Shown: one piece after another, positions 36,479 through 48,809 of the stretch | Layout of the letters: each line of letters begins with the position of its first letter | Position numbering within the stretch: position 1 is the stretch's first letter | From: Acidobacteriota bacterium | GTDB lineage: Bacteria; Acidobacteriota; Thermoanaerobaculia; Multivoradales; UBA5704 | DNA: 51,656 nucleotides | Reading direction: 5' to 3' | NCBI GenBank assembly: GCA_040005235.1 | Contig: JBDTZG010000039.1 | Span: 1 to 51,656 of the forward strand | The notes under the pieces: generated by a model | What the model was told of the DNA's origin: nothing | Database searches by the model: none | The model's input: the letters and a program-made list of their open reading frames with translations, nothing else | Translations under genes and position numbers: made by a program

Positions 36479-37852
36479 CTAGAACGGGAACTCCAGGTTG
36501 TACGAATACCGGCCCCGCTGGACCACCAGCGGCAGGCCGCCCCGGTCGAAGCCGCGGAGCACCTCTTCGCCCAGGTTGTCGAGATCCTTGAGCTCCCGGC
36601 CGTTGGCGCCGAGGATGCCGTCCCCGGCGCGGAGTCCGGCGTGCTCCGCGGCGCTGTTGCCTGCCACCTTTTGGACCAGGATCGAGCCGTGATCGATCTC
36701 GACCGACAGACCGATCTGATCTTCGAGGATGCGCAGGCCGAGGCCGCGCGGCGGAGCGGCCGGCGCGAGCGTCGCCTTGATTGGTTTGCCCGCGCGGCGC
36801 AGGTCGAGGGCCAGGCCGCGCCCGGCGGGGAGCGAATACAGCTCGGTGGTCACATCTTCGCGGGCCGCCACCGGTCGCCCACCGGCCGCCGTCACCAGGT
36901 CGCCTTCGGCGAGGCCGGCCTGGGCTGCGGGCGATCCGGGATAGACCTTGTAGACCAGGGCGCCGCGGGAGATGTCCAGGTCGTAGCGCCGGGCCAGCTC
37001 GGCGTCCACCGTCAGCAGCCGCAGGCCGGTCCAAAGCGGCCGCAACTCGCCGAAGCGGAGGAGATCGTCGACGATCCGGCGCGCCCGGTCGGCGGGGATC
37101 GCGAAACCGACGCTGTTGGCCCCCGAGACGATCGCCGTGTTGATGCCGATCACCTCACCCAGGATGTTGACTAGGGGACCGCCGGAGTTGCCCGGGTTGA
37201 TCGAGGCGTCGGTCTGGAGGAAATCGGTGAAGGTCCGCTCGCCGGTCTCGGAAGGAACCGATCGGCCGCGTGCCGAAAGTACGCCCGCGGTCACCGAGTT
37301 CGAGAGCCCGAACGGGTTGCCGATCGCGACCACGCTCTCGCCGATCATCAGATCGCCGCTGGTGCCGAGCGGCACCGAGGGGAGCCCTCTGACGTTGCGG
37401 ATGTTGAGCACCGCGAGGTCCGCGTCGTGGTCGAAACCGAGCACGTCGGCGTCCAGCTCCCGGCCATCGAGCAGGGTGACGACGATCTTCGAGGCTCCTT
37501 CGACCACATGGGCGTTGGTCACGACGATACCGGTCGAGTCGATCACGAACCCGGAGCCGAGCGATTGTGAGCGCCGGCTGCGCGAGCCGAAAAACTGGCC
37601 GAAGAACGGATCGACCTCGCGGACGATCGATTCTGCCGAGATGTTGACCACCGCAGGAGCGACCTTCTCGACCACCGCGACGACCGGAGTGCGCCGGGCG
37701 GCGAGGCCCTCCGAGCGGGGGGCGGCTGGGGCAGTCTGGGGGGCGGCGGAAGTCGCCGGCCGAGGGTTCGACCGGAGGGCGACGAGAGCGCAAAGCGCCG
37801 TGAGCAGCAAGAGGAGAACCAGAGGGGCGGCGACGGGAACAGACCTCTTCAT
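36479..37852 (-). CDS. HtrA/DegP-family serine protease with two PDZ domains
   Basis: GSGFV, TNAHVV, DLAV, QTDASINPGNSGGPL. Confidence 0.94.
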   Translation of the reverse strand: MKRSVPVAAPLVLLLLLTALCALVALRSNPRPATSAAPQTAPAAPRSEGLAARRTPVVAVVEKVAPAVVNISAESIVREVDPFFGQFFGSRSRRSQSLGSGFVIDSTGIVVTNAHVVEGASKIVVTLLDGRELDADVLGFDHDADLAVLNIRNVRGLPSVPLGTSGDLMIGESVVAIGNPFGLSNSVTAGVLSARGRSVPSETGERTFTDFLQTDASINPGNSGGPLVNILGEVIGINTAIVSGANSVGFAIPADRARRIVDDLLRFGELRPLWTGLRLLTVDAELARRYDLDISRGALVYKVYPGSPAAQAGLAEGDLVTAAGGRPVAAREDVTTELYSLPAGRGLALDLRRAGKPIKATLAPAAPPRGLGLRILEDQIGLSVEIDHGSILVQKVAGNSAAEHAGLRAGDGILGANGRELKDLDNLGEEVLRGFDRGGLPLVVQRGRYSYNLEFPF

Positions 37853-37930
37853 TCCCCGTAGATTAGGATACGTCGCGCTCCGGGTGGTAGTCCGAAGCGG
37901 CGAGCGTTTGCAGAAAAGGAGATCGCGATC

Positions 37931-39349
<1,419 letters not shown>

Positions 39350-39351
39350 AC

Positions 39352-40914
39352 ATGACGACCACCAAGATGGCCTGGGGAGTTCTCGCCGCCCTCGCCCTGG
39401 CCGGCCCGACCGCGGAGGCCGCCGCCCCGAAGAAGAAACCGCCGGTTCAAAAGCCGGCCCCCAAGGCGGTGCAGGCCGCTCCGATCGATCCGAAGATCGA
39501 GACGATCGCGGTGCCGAGCCCGAATTCGCCGATGGTCGCCGTCCGGTTGCTGTTCCGGGTCGGCTCCATGGACGATCCGGCCGGCAAGGAAGGGCTCGCG
39601 GCGCTCACCGGGCTGATGATCGGCCAGTCGGGAACGGCGGATCGGAGTTACGCCGACCTGGTCGAGGCGCTCTATCCGATGGCGGCCTCGGTCGACGTCT
39701 CGACCGATCGCGAGGTGACGACGATCACCGGGCAGGTGCATCGCGACAAGCTCGCGGACTACACGGCGCTGCTGGTCGAGGCGGTCACTCGGCCGGGATT
39801 CGCCGCGTCGGATTTCGAGCGCAACAAGGATCAGCTATCGGCGAGCCTCACGACTTCGCTCCGCTCCGCCAACGACGAGCTGCTCGGCCTGGAAGCGCTT
39901 CAGGGCGCGATCTTTCCGGGCCACCCGTACGCCCATGCCCAGGCGGGTACGGTGCAGGGCTTGAAGAACATCACGCTCGACGACGTGAAGCGTTTCTACG
40001 GAGAGAGCTTCACCCGCAGCCGTCTCCTGCTTGGCGTGGGCGGGGGGTATCCCGAAGGTTGGATTTCCCAGTTGAAGGCCGGCCTCGCCAAGCTGCCGCT
40101 TGGGGTTGCCGTTGCCCGCGATCTGCCGGCTCCGCAGCTCCCTTCGGGTCGGCGCATCACCCTGGTCGAGAAGGCGACCGATTCGGTGGGCATTCATTTC
40201 GGCTTCCCGATCCCCCTCACCCGGGCCGACGCGGACTACTACCCGCTGCTGGTCGCCACCAGCTTCCTGGGCGAGCACCGCACCTCTCACGGCGTGTTGT
40301 ACGAAGAGCTGCGCGAAAAGCGAGGGTTGAACTACGGCGATTACGCTTACGTCGAGTACTACCCGTTCCCGCCGTTCACCAACACCCCGACCCCGGGCTC
40401 GCCGCGGCGTCAGCAGTATTTTTCGCTCTGGGTGCGGCCGGTCAAGCCCGGCGATTCGCAGTTCGCCCTGCGCGGCGCTCTCTACGAGCTGGACAAGTTG
40501 ATCCGGAACGGCTTGGCGCCGGCCGATTTCGAGCTCACCCGCTCGTTCCTCACCAACTACACGAAGCTCTGGACCCAGACGCTCTCCGACCGCCTGGGCT
40601 TCGCGCTCGACAGCCGCTATTACGGCATGTCACCGTTCATCGACGAGATCGAGCAGCGGCTGACGAAGATAACGGTCGACGACGTCAACCGGGCGATCCG
40701 CAAATACCTGCAAACCGCCAACCTGCGCATCGTCCTGGTGACGAACAATGCAGCGGAGCTGAAAGCGGCACTCGAACGCGACCTGCCGGTACCGAAGAAA
40801 TACGGCACGGAAGTCTCGGCCGATCTGCTCGCCGAAGACGAGCTGATCCAGCGCACCAAAATCAAACCCGCCGCGATCGAGATCGTGCCGGTGGACCAGA
40901 TGTTCGAGAAATAG
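39352..40914 (+). CDS. Secreted M16 peptidase-like partner subunit (no HXXEH)
   Basis: DPAGKEGLAALT, LYEELREKRGLNY; adjacent to the catalytic subunit. Confidence 0.9.
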   Translation: MTTTKMAWGVLAALALAGPTAEAAAPKKKPPVQKPAPKAVQAAPIDPKIETIAVPSPNSPMVAVRLLFRVGSMDDPAGKEGLAALTGLMIGQSGTADRSYADLVEALYPMAASVDVSTDREVTTITGQVHRDKLADYTALLVEAVTRPGFAASDFERNKDQLSASLTTSLRSANDELLGLEALQGAIFPGHPYAHAQAGTVQGLKNITLDDVKRFYGESFTRSRLLLGVGGGYPEGWISQLKAGLAKLPLGVAVARDLPAPQLPSGRRITLVEKATDSVGIHFGFPIPLTRADADYYPLLVATSFLGEHRTSHGVLYEELREKRGLNYGDYAYVEYYPFPPFTNTPTPGSPRRQQYFSLWVRPVKPGDSQFALRGALYELDKLIRNGLAPADFELTRSFLTNYTKLWTQTLSDRLGFALDSRYYGMSPFIDEIEQRLTKITVDDVNRAIRKYLQTANLRIVLVTNNAAELKAALERDLPVPKKYGTEVSADLLAEDELIQRTKIKPAAIEIVPVDQMFEK

Positions 40915-40918
40915 GGGG

Positions 40919-42319
40919 TCAATCCTCGTCCGCGTCGGCGCCGCCCTTCAAGCCGGCTTTCTTCGCGTAGTAGCGGAACGAACGGAAGCTCATGCCGAGC
41001 AGCTCGGCGGCCTGGGTCTGGACGCCGCTGGTGCGGTCGAGCGCCTGCACCATCAGCTGGGCGCGGATGTCTTCGAGGTAGGCCTCAAGGTCGAGACCCT
41101 CCTCGGGGAGGGTGACGATCTCGGCGAGGCTCTTGCGGTGCGTGAGAAGCTGCACCGGCATGTCCTTGGTCGTGATGATCTCGGCATGAGCGAGCGCGAG
41201 CGTGCGCTCGATCATATTTTCCAGCTCCCGCACGTTGCCCGGCCAGTCGTACCCTTCGAGCATGCGCATCGCGTCGATCGAAATCTGGCGCGGCGAAAGG
41301 TTCATCTCCTCGCAATACTTGTGAAGGAAGAAGTCTACCAGCAGGGGAATGTCTTCCCGGCGCTGGCGCAGCGGCGGAAGCTGGATCGGGATGACGTTGA
41401 TCCGATAGAACAGATCCTCCCGGAAATCCCCTTTGGCGATCCGCTCCTCGAGATTCTGGTTGGTCGCCGCGATCACCCGCACGTCGACCGACTCCTCGGC
41501 GTTGCCGCCGACCTTCCGGATCTTCCGCTCCTGGAGCGCGCGCAGAAGCTTGACCTGCATGGTGAGCGACATCTCGCCGATCTCGTCGAGGAAGAGGGTG
41601 CCCCGATTGGCCTCTTGGAACAGGCCTTTCTTCTCGCGCACCGCGCCGGTGAACGCGCCGCGCTCGTGGCCGAACAGCTCGCTTTCGAGCAGGTTTTCCG
41701 GCAGCGCGCCGCAGTTGATCGCCAGGATTCGATTCGCCGCGCGCGGGCTGGCGTAATGGATCGCCCGGGCGATCAGCTCTTTGCCGGTGCCGCTCTCCCC
41801 TTGGATCAAGACGGTCGACGCGGTGCGCGCGATCCGCTCGATCAGCGAGAAAATCGCCTGCATGCGCGCGCTGCGCCCGATGATGTTGTTGAAGGTGTAT
41901 TTCTGTTCGAGCGCTTTGCGAAGGTAGACGTTTTCGTCCACCAGCTCGGCGCGCTCCAAGGCCTTCTGGACGATGATCTTCAGCTCATCGACGTCGAACG
42001 GTTTCGAGATGTAGTCGTAGGCGCCGAGCTTCATCGCGTCGATCGCCGACTTGGTGGAGGTATAGGCGGTCATCATGATGACCGGGGCGTCCGGGTTCGA
42101 GGTCTTGATCTCGCGCAGCAGATCGAGCCCGTTGCCGTCCGGCATCATGATGTCGCAGAGAACGAGATCGAGCCCGCCGTGCGCGAGCACCCTGCGGGCC
42201 TCTTCGGCCGACCGGGCGGTCTCGACCGCGTAGCCCTCATCGGCGAACAACAGGGTGAGCATGTCGAGCATGCTCGGTTCGTCGTCCACCACCAGCAGAC
42301 GCGCGTTGGTCGAGCTCAT
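40919..42319 (-). CDS. pilR: Sigma54-dependent response regulator PilR
   Basis: Receiver domain, GESGTGKE, GAFTGA, C-terminal AAELLGMSFRSFRY. Confidence 0.9.
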   Translation of the reverse strand: MSSTNARLLVVDDEPSMLDMLTLLFADEGYAVETARSAEEARRVLAHGGLDLVLCDIMMPDGNGLDLLREIKTSNPDAPVIMMTAYTSTKSAIDAMKLGAYDYISKPFDVDELKIIVQKALERAELVDENVYLRKALEQKYTFNNIIGRSARMQAIFSLIERIARTASTVLIQGESGTGKELIARAIHYASPRAANRILAINCGALPENLLESELFGHERGAFTGAVREKKGLFQEANRGTLFLDEIGEMSLTMQVKLLRALQERKIRKVGGNAEESVDVRVIAATNQNLEERIAKGDFREDLFYRINVIPIQLPPLRQRREDIPLLVDFFLHKYCEEMNLSPRQISIDAMRMLEGYDWPGNVRELENMIERTLALAHAEIITTKDMPVQLLTHRKSLAEIVTLPEEGLDLEAYLEDIRAQLMVQALDRTSGVQTQAAELLGMSFRSFRYYAKKAGLKGGADADED

Positions 42320-44103
42320 GGTTCTGCCTCCACGATGGCGAGCTCTGCGGTCGCCGGCCTTGAGGCCGGCAGGGGGGGCGAAAGGGGCAGCTCGACCGTG
42401 ATCGTCGCCCCCTCGCTCGGGCGGCTCTCGACCGAAACCTGGCCGCCATGCTCCTGGACGATCCGATAGACGATCGCCATGCCGATCCCGGTGCCGCCGT
42501 CGAAAAACGATCGGAACGGATGGAACAGATTCGCGCGTTGCTCGGGCGACATGCCGCGACCGGTATCGGCGAAGCGCAGCCGATAGGCCTCGGGACCCGA
42601 CCGTCCCGAGATGCGCAGATCGCCCCCTTCGGGCATGGCGCGCAAAGCGTTTTTCGCCAGGTTCCAGAAGATCTGGCTCACCTGGTCGGCATCGGCCACC
42701 AGCGTGACGCTTGCCGGGTCGAGGTCGAGGCTCAGGCGATGACGATCAGAGACCTCGCCGCTGTTTCGGAGCAGCTCGAAATTCTCGGTCAGAAGATGCC
42801 CGATGTCGAACGCCGAGGTCGACAGCTCGCGCGGCCGGGCGAAGCGCAGGAAGCCCTTGATCGTCCGATCGAGGCGCTGGCTCTCCTTGAGCAGGATGTC
42901 GAGCAGTCGGCGCTGCGAGGACTCGGTCGGCAGGTTCGCCGACAGCATCTGCACCGAGCCCGAGATCGCCGCGAGCGGATTGCCGATCTCGTGCGCCAAA
43001 CCGGCGGCCAGCTCGCCCACCGCGGCCATCCGGTCTTTGACCTGCATCTCCTCCTGGAGGCGCCGCCAGCGGGTGAGGTCCTGGAAGATCAGGATGTAGC
43101 CGCGCTGCACGCCGTCCGCATCGGCCAGGTGCGAGATCGAAAAGCCGACGTAGCCCGCGGTGCCGCCGTAGGTCAGCTCTACCTCGGACCGAACTCTGCC
43201 GCTCTGGCCGCTCGCATCGGCCAGCTCGGTCCAGCGGGTGGCGGAGAACAATCCGGAGCTCCAGATCGGCGCGCCGACCAGGTTGCTTTCGCCTTTCCTG
43301 AGGATTTCGGTGCCCGCCCGATTGACGCTCTTGATCACTCCGTCCAGATCGGTGGTGATCAGACCGCTGCTGATCGACTCGATCACGTCGCGATGGACCA
43401 CTTGGAGGTCCGCCAGGTCCTCCTTCTTCGCTTCCAGCTCCAGCTCGGCGCGGGCGATGTTGTGCGCGAGATACGAGGTGAGCAGGGCGACGGCGTAGAA
43501 GCCGAACAGGTGGACCGCGAGGTTGTAGGCCAGGCGCCAGGTCGACGCCTCGTCTCCGGCGAAAGCCGGCAGCGGCACCGAGTGGGAATGGAGCGACAGG
43601 AGCAGGCTCGCGTAGAGGACGTAGGCGGCGGTGGCGACCGCGAGACCGGCGCGCCGCCGAAGTAGCGTCGCGGCGACCGCGATGACGATCAGGTAGAGCA
43701 TCGAGAACGGGCTCGAAATACCCCCGAACTGATACACCAGCGCGGTGATCAGCAGCAGGTCGCCGAAAAATTGGATGTAAGCCTGAAGCTGGTAGAAGCC
43801 GGGCAATAGGCGCAGGAGCGCCAGGTAGATGAGCGTCGCGGCGAAGGTGAGAGCCGCGATGACGTACAGAAATCCGTAAGGAAACCCGGTGTCGGCGGCC
43901 GGTGTCGCCGGCTGAACGTTGGGGCTCGGTTCGATCGGCGGATGGACGACCGGGGCCGTCGCGGCCGGCGTGCTCAGCTCGGAAAGCTCGGCCGGTTGTC
44001 GCGTGTCAACCAGCTGCAACAGGAAAAAGAGCAGCAGCACACTGCCGACCGCCACCAGGCGAATCGCAATGTACCAGCGGAGTTGACGGGCGAGAGCGGG
44101 CAT
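42316..44103 (-). CDS. pilS: Sensor histidine kinase PilS
   Basis: Multi-TM N-terminus, PAS, AHEIGNPL, DTGRG, GTGIG; between pilC and pilR. Confidence 0.88.
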   Translation of the reverse strand: MPALARQLRWYIAIRLVAVGSVLLLFFLLQLVDTRQPAELSELSTPAATAPVVHPPIEPSPNVQPATPAADTGFPYGFLYVIAALTFAATLIYLALLRLLPGFYQLQAYIQFFGDLLLITALVYQFGGISSPFSMLYLIVIAVAATLLRRRAGLAVATAAYVLYASLLLSLHSHSVPLPAFAGDEASTWRLAYNLAVHLFGFYAVALLTSYLAHNIARAELELEAKKEDLADLQVVHRDVIESISSGLITTDLDGVIKSVNRAGTEILRKGESNLVGAPIWSSGLFSATRWTELADASGQSGRVRSEVELTYGGTAGYVGFSISHLADADGVQRGYILIFQDLTRWRRLQEEMQVKDRMAAVGELAAGLAHEIGNPLAAISGSVQMLSANLPTESSQRRLLDILLKESQRLDRTIKGFLRFARPRELSTSAFDIGHLLTENFELLRNSGEVSDRHRLSLDLDPASVTLVADADQVSQIFWNLAKNALRAMPEGGDLRISGRSGPEAYRLRFADTGRGMSPEQRANLFHPFRSFFDGGTGIGMAIVYRIVQEHGGQVSVESRPSEGATITVELPLSPPLPASRPATAELAIVEAEP

Positions 44104-44144
44104 CTGTGGCTGGTGGGTTCGAAGAGACGGCGGCGGTCTCCGAA

Positions 44145-44175
44145 GCGCCCGGGCGGCTTGGAGCCGTCCGGGCGC
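44145..44175. other. GC-rich hairpin between pilC and pilS
   Basis: GCGCCCGGGCGGCT...AGCCGTCCGGGCGC stem with one non-Watson-Crick pair. Confidence 0.5.
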
Positions 44176-44194
44176 GTTTCGGTTGGCCTTCGGC

Positions 44195-45400
<1,206 letters not shown>

Positions 45401-45423
45401 CGACTGACTCCTCGGGCTCCGCG

Positions 45424-46548
45424 CTAAGAAGTGCGCTGCGCCTCGCCCCTGGTCGGCGTGGTGGGTAGGGCAACCGCCGCCGGTCCGCGATTGATGATCT
45501 CTTGAAGCTCGTCGGCATGGGACGAACGGGCGAGAGCGGTCTGCAGGCTGATCAACCGTTTGAAGTACAGAGCCGCCAACGATTGGTTGAACGTCTGCAT
45601 GCCGTGCTTGGCCTGGCCCGCCTGCATCATGCCGTAGATCTGATGAATCTTGTCCTCGCGGATCAGGTTCCTGATCGCGGCGGTAGGCACCAGCACCTCC
45701 ATCGCCAGCGCCCGCCCTTTGCCCGAAGCTTTCGGCAGCAACGACTGGCACAAGATCCCTTCGAGAACGAACGACAACTGCACCCGAATCTGGCCCTGCT
45801 GGTGGGCCGGGAACATGTCGATGATCCGGTTGATCGTCTGCGCCGCGGAGTTCGTATGCAGGGTTGCGAACGTCAAATGGCCGGTCTCGGCGATGCGCAG
45901 CGCCGCCTCGACCGTTTCGAGGTCGCGCATCTCGCCGATCAGCACGACGTCGGGGTCCTGGCGGAGGGCGGAGCGCAGGGCATTGGAAAAGCTATGGGTG
46001 TCGGCGTGCAGCTCGCGCTGGTTGACGATGCACTTCTTGTGGCTGTGCAGGTACTCGACCGGGTCCTCGATGGTGACGATGTGCTCGTGACGCTCGCGGT
46101 TGACCTTGTCGAGCATCGAGGCGAGCGTCGTCGTCTTGCCCGAGCCGGTCGGCCCGGTGACCAGCAAAAGGCCGCGCGGCTTTTCGCACAGCTGCTCGAC
46201 CACCGCCGGCAGGCCGAGATCGCGAAAGGTCTTGATCTCGAACGGGATCTGGCGGAACGCAGCGGCGATCGCGCCGCGCTGGTGGAACACGTTCGCGCGG
46301 AAACGGGCCAAGCCCTTGATTCCGAACGAGAAGTCGATCTCCAAGTTCTCTTCCAGTCGGTGCTTCTGAGTATCGGTGAGGATCGAGTAAGCGAGCTGCT
46401 TGGTCTCGGTCGGCGTCATCGGCGGCAGGTTGAGCGGCCGCAGCACGCCGTCCACGCGGATCTGGGGCGGCGAGTTCGTCGTCACATGGAGGTCAGAGCC
46501 TCCCTGCTCGACCATGGACTTGAGCAGTTGGGTCAAACCCGGCGGCAT
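45424..46548 (-). CDS. pilT: Type IV pilus retraction ATPase PilT
   Basis: SDLH, GPTGSGKTTT, EDPVE, RQDPD, AETGH, AIRNLIRE, GMQT. Confidence 0.96.
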   Translation of the reverse strand: MPPGLTQLLKSMVEQGGSDLHVTTNSPPQIRVDGVLRPLNLPPMTPTETKQLAYSILTDTQKHRLEENLEIDFSFGIKGLARFRANVFHQRGAIAAAFRQIPFEIKTFRDLGLPAVVEQLCEKPRGLLLVTGPTGSGKTTTLASMLDKVNRERHEHIVTIEDPVEYLHSHKKCIVNQRELHADTHSFSNALRSALRQDPDVVLIGEMRDLETVEAALRIAETGHLTFATLHTNSAAQTINRIIDMFPAHQQGQIRVQLSFVLEGILCQSLLPKASGKGRALAMEVLVPTAAIRNLIREDKIHQIYGMMQAGQAKHGMQTFNQSLAALYFKRLISLQTALARSSHADELQEIINRGPAAVALPTTPTRGEAQRTS

Positions 46549-46729
46549 AAAGGCGCAACTCCTTCGATGCAATGACTTAAGGGCCTAAGGCTGCCAGATT
46601 CTACACCATTCAGAAGATCGACCAAAGAGAATAAGTTCCCCGCTGCGCTCAAACAGACTCGACCCGTCCTCGGAGAAGAGTCGCCGCCTTTGAGGTCGGT
46701 TCGGGCCTGCTAAGATCTTCCGCACTCCT

Positions 46730-48676
46730 ATGGCCGCCGATCCCCACGCCGAAGAGGCGATCGAAAAGTCGTACGACTCCCGGCTGATGCGCCGGTTGCT
46801 CGGCTATGTCCGGCCGTACCGGGGCATGACGGCCGCGGCCGTGGCGCTGATCCTCGGCGGCTCGCTGCTCCAGTTGATCGGCCCGCTCGCCACCTCGATC
46901 GCGATCGACCTGTTCATTCGCCCTCCCGGCGCGGCCGGCGGGATCTCGCCCGCGGCGATCGCCACTGGAGATGCGCTCCACCATTACGGTGTCGACCCCG
47001 GCGCGGTGCGGCTCCAGGGCGTCGCAGCCACCGCCCTGGTCTTCCTGGTCTCGATCGTGCTCTCGTTCGTCTGCACGTATTGGCAGGGCCGGGTGATGCA
47101 GGTGATGGGGCAGTACATCATGCGCGACCTGCGGGGACAGATCTTCCGCCAGCTCCAGCGCCTGCCGATCTCCTATTTCGACGCCAATCCGGTCGGCCGC
47201 CTGGTCACCCGGGTAACCACCGACGTGGACGCCCTCAACGAGCTGTTCGCCTCCGGCCTGGTCGCCGCGTTCGGGGATCTCGTGGTACTCGCCGGCATCG
47301 TCTGCGTCCTGTTCTGGCTCGATTGGCGCCTGGCGCTGATCGCGTTTGCCATCGTGCCGCTCCTGTTCGTACTGACGTTCTGGTTTCGCTCCAAAGTGCA
47401 GCGCAGCTTCCGCGAGGTCCGGGTGAAGATCGCAAAGATCAACTCGTTCCTTCAGGAGCACATCACCGGAATGTCGGTGGTCCAGCTCTTCGGCCGGGAG
47501 GCCAAGGCCTATGACGAGTTCTCGACCATCAACGACGAGCACCGCGAGGCGAACGTCCGTTCGATCTATTACTACGCGGTGTTCTTTCCCGGCGTCGAGC
47601 TGGTCAGCACGCTCGGCCTCGGTCTACTGCTCTGGTACGGCGGCGGCCGGGTGACCACCGGCTTCGCCTCGGTCGGCGCGCTGGTGGCTTTCTTCCAGTA
47701 CGCCCAGCGGTTCTACCAGCCGCTCTCCGACCTGGCCGAGAAGTACAACATCCTCCAAGGGGCGATGGCCGCCTCGGAGCGGATCTTCGAGCTGATCGAC
47801 ACGGATGTCGCGATCACCAGCCCGGAGGCGGCCTACCGGCCGGGCGCCGCGAGCGAGGCGCCGGGACCGAACCGGCCGGGCTCTGTGGCGCGCGGCGCGA
47901 TCGAGCTGGCCAACGTGACGTTTGCCTACAAAGTCGGCGAGCCGGTGCTGCGCGACGTGTCGTTCCGGGTCGAGCCCGGCCAGACGGTCGCGGTGGTTGG
48001 CCATACCGGAGCGGGAAAGAGCACGCTCGCCAACCTTCTGCTCCGCTTCTACGACGTCCAGCAGGGCGCGGTCAAAGTCGACGGCATCGACGTTCGCGAT
48101 TGGGATCTCTCCGAGCTGCGCCGGAGCATTGCCCTGGTGCTTCAGGACGTCTTCCTGTTTTCCGGATCGATCGGCGGCAACATTCGTCTCGGCGAGCCGT
48201 CGATCGACGAGGCGCGGCTGCGCTGGGCCGCCCGGGAGGTTCACGCCCTCGAATTCATCGAACGCCTTCCCGAAGGCTTCGACACGCTGGTGCAGGAGCG
48301 CGGCGCCGGCCTTTCGGTCGGCCAGAAACAGCTGGTGGCCTTCGCCCGGGCGCTCGCCTTCGATCCGCGGGTGCTGATCCTCGACGAGGCGACCTCGTCG
48401 ATCGACACCGAGACGGAGCAGTTGATCCAGGCGGCGCTCGAGCGGCTGCTGGTCGGCCGGACCAGTCTGGTGATCGCCCACCGTTTGTCGACGATCCAGC
48501 GGGCGGACAAGATCCTGGTCTTGCATAAAGGGGAGCTGCGCGAGCAGGGCACCCATCAGGAGCTGCTCGCCGCCCGCGGCATCTACCACCGCCTCTACCG
48601 CCTTCAGTACCAGGCCCAGGAGGGGGCTACCTGGCAACCGGGGTCGCTCGCGGCCGCCCAAGAGGTCACGATTTGA
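46730..48676 (+). CDS. ABC exporter (MsbA/MdlB-like, fused TMD-NBD)
   Basis: GHTGAGKST, LSVGQKQ, ILDEATS, IAHRLST. Confidence 0.94.
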   Translation: MAADPHAEEAIEKSYDSRLMRRLLGYVRPYRGMTAAAVALILGGSLLQLIGPLATSIAIDLFIRPPGAAGGISPAAIATGDALHHYGVDPGAVRLQGVAATALVFLVSIVLSFVCTYWQGRVMQVMGQYIMRDLRGQIFRQLQRLPISYFDANPVGRLVTRVTTDVDALNELFASGLVAAFGDLVVLAGIVCVLFWLDWRLALIAFAIVPLLFVLTFWFRSKVQRSFREVRVKIAKINSFLQEHITGMSVVQLFGREAKAYDEFSTINDEHREANVRSIYYYAVFFPGVELVSTLGLGLLLWYGGGRVTTGFASVGALVAFFQYAQRFYQPLSDLAEKYNILQGAMAASERIFELIDTDVAITSPEAAYRPGAASEAPGPNRPGSVARGAIELANVTFAYKVGEPVLRDVSFRVEPGQTVAVVGHTGAGKSTLANLLLRFYDVQQGAVKVDGIDVRDWDLSELRRSIALVLQDVFLFSGSIGGNIRLGEPSIDEARLRWAAREVHALEFIERLPEGFDTLVQERGAGLSVGQKQLVAFARALAFDPRVLILDEATSSIDTETEQLIQAALERLLVGRTSLVIAHRLSTIQRADKILVLHKGELREQGTHQELLAARGIYHRLYRLQYQAQEGATWQPGSLAAAQEVTI

Positions 48677-48809
48677 TCGCGGCCGGGTCGTTCTGCGCGT
48701 CTCCGACCGATCCCGTCCGGGGGCCCGCCTTGGCCCGCCCCCTCCGCTTTGCTACGATAGCGGCGAGCACCTCTGACTGCGGTAAGGAAACGGCGCCCCC
48801 TCCGACAAG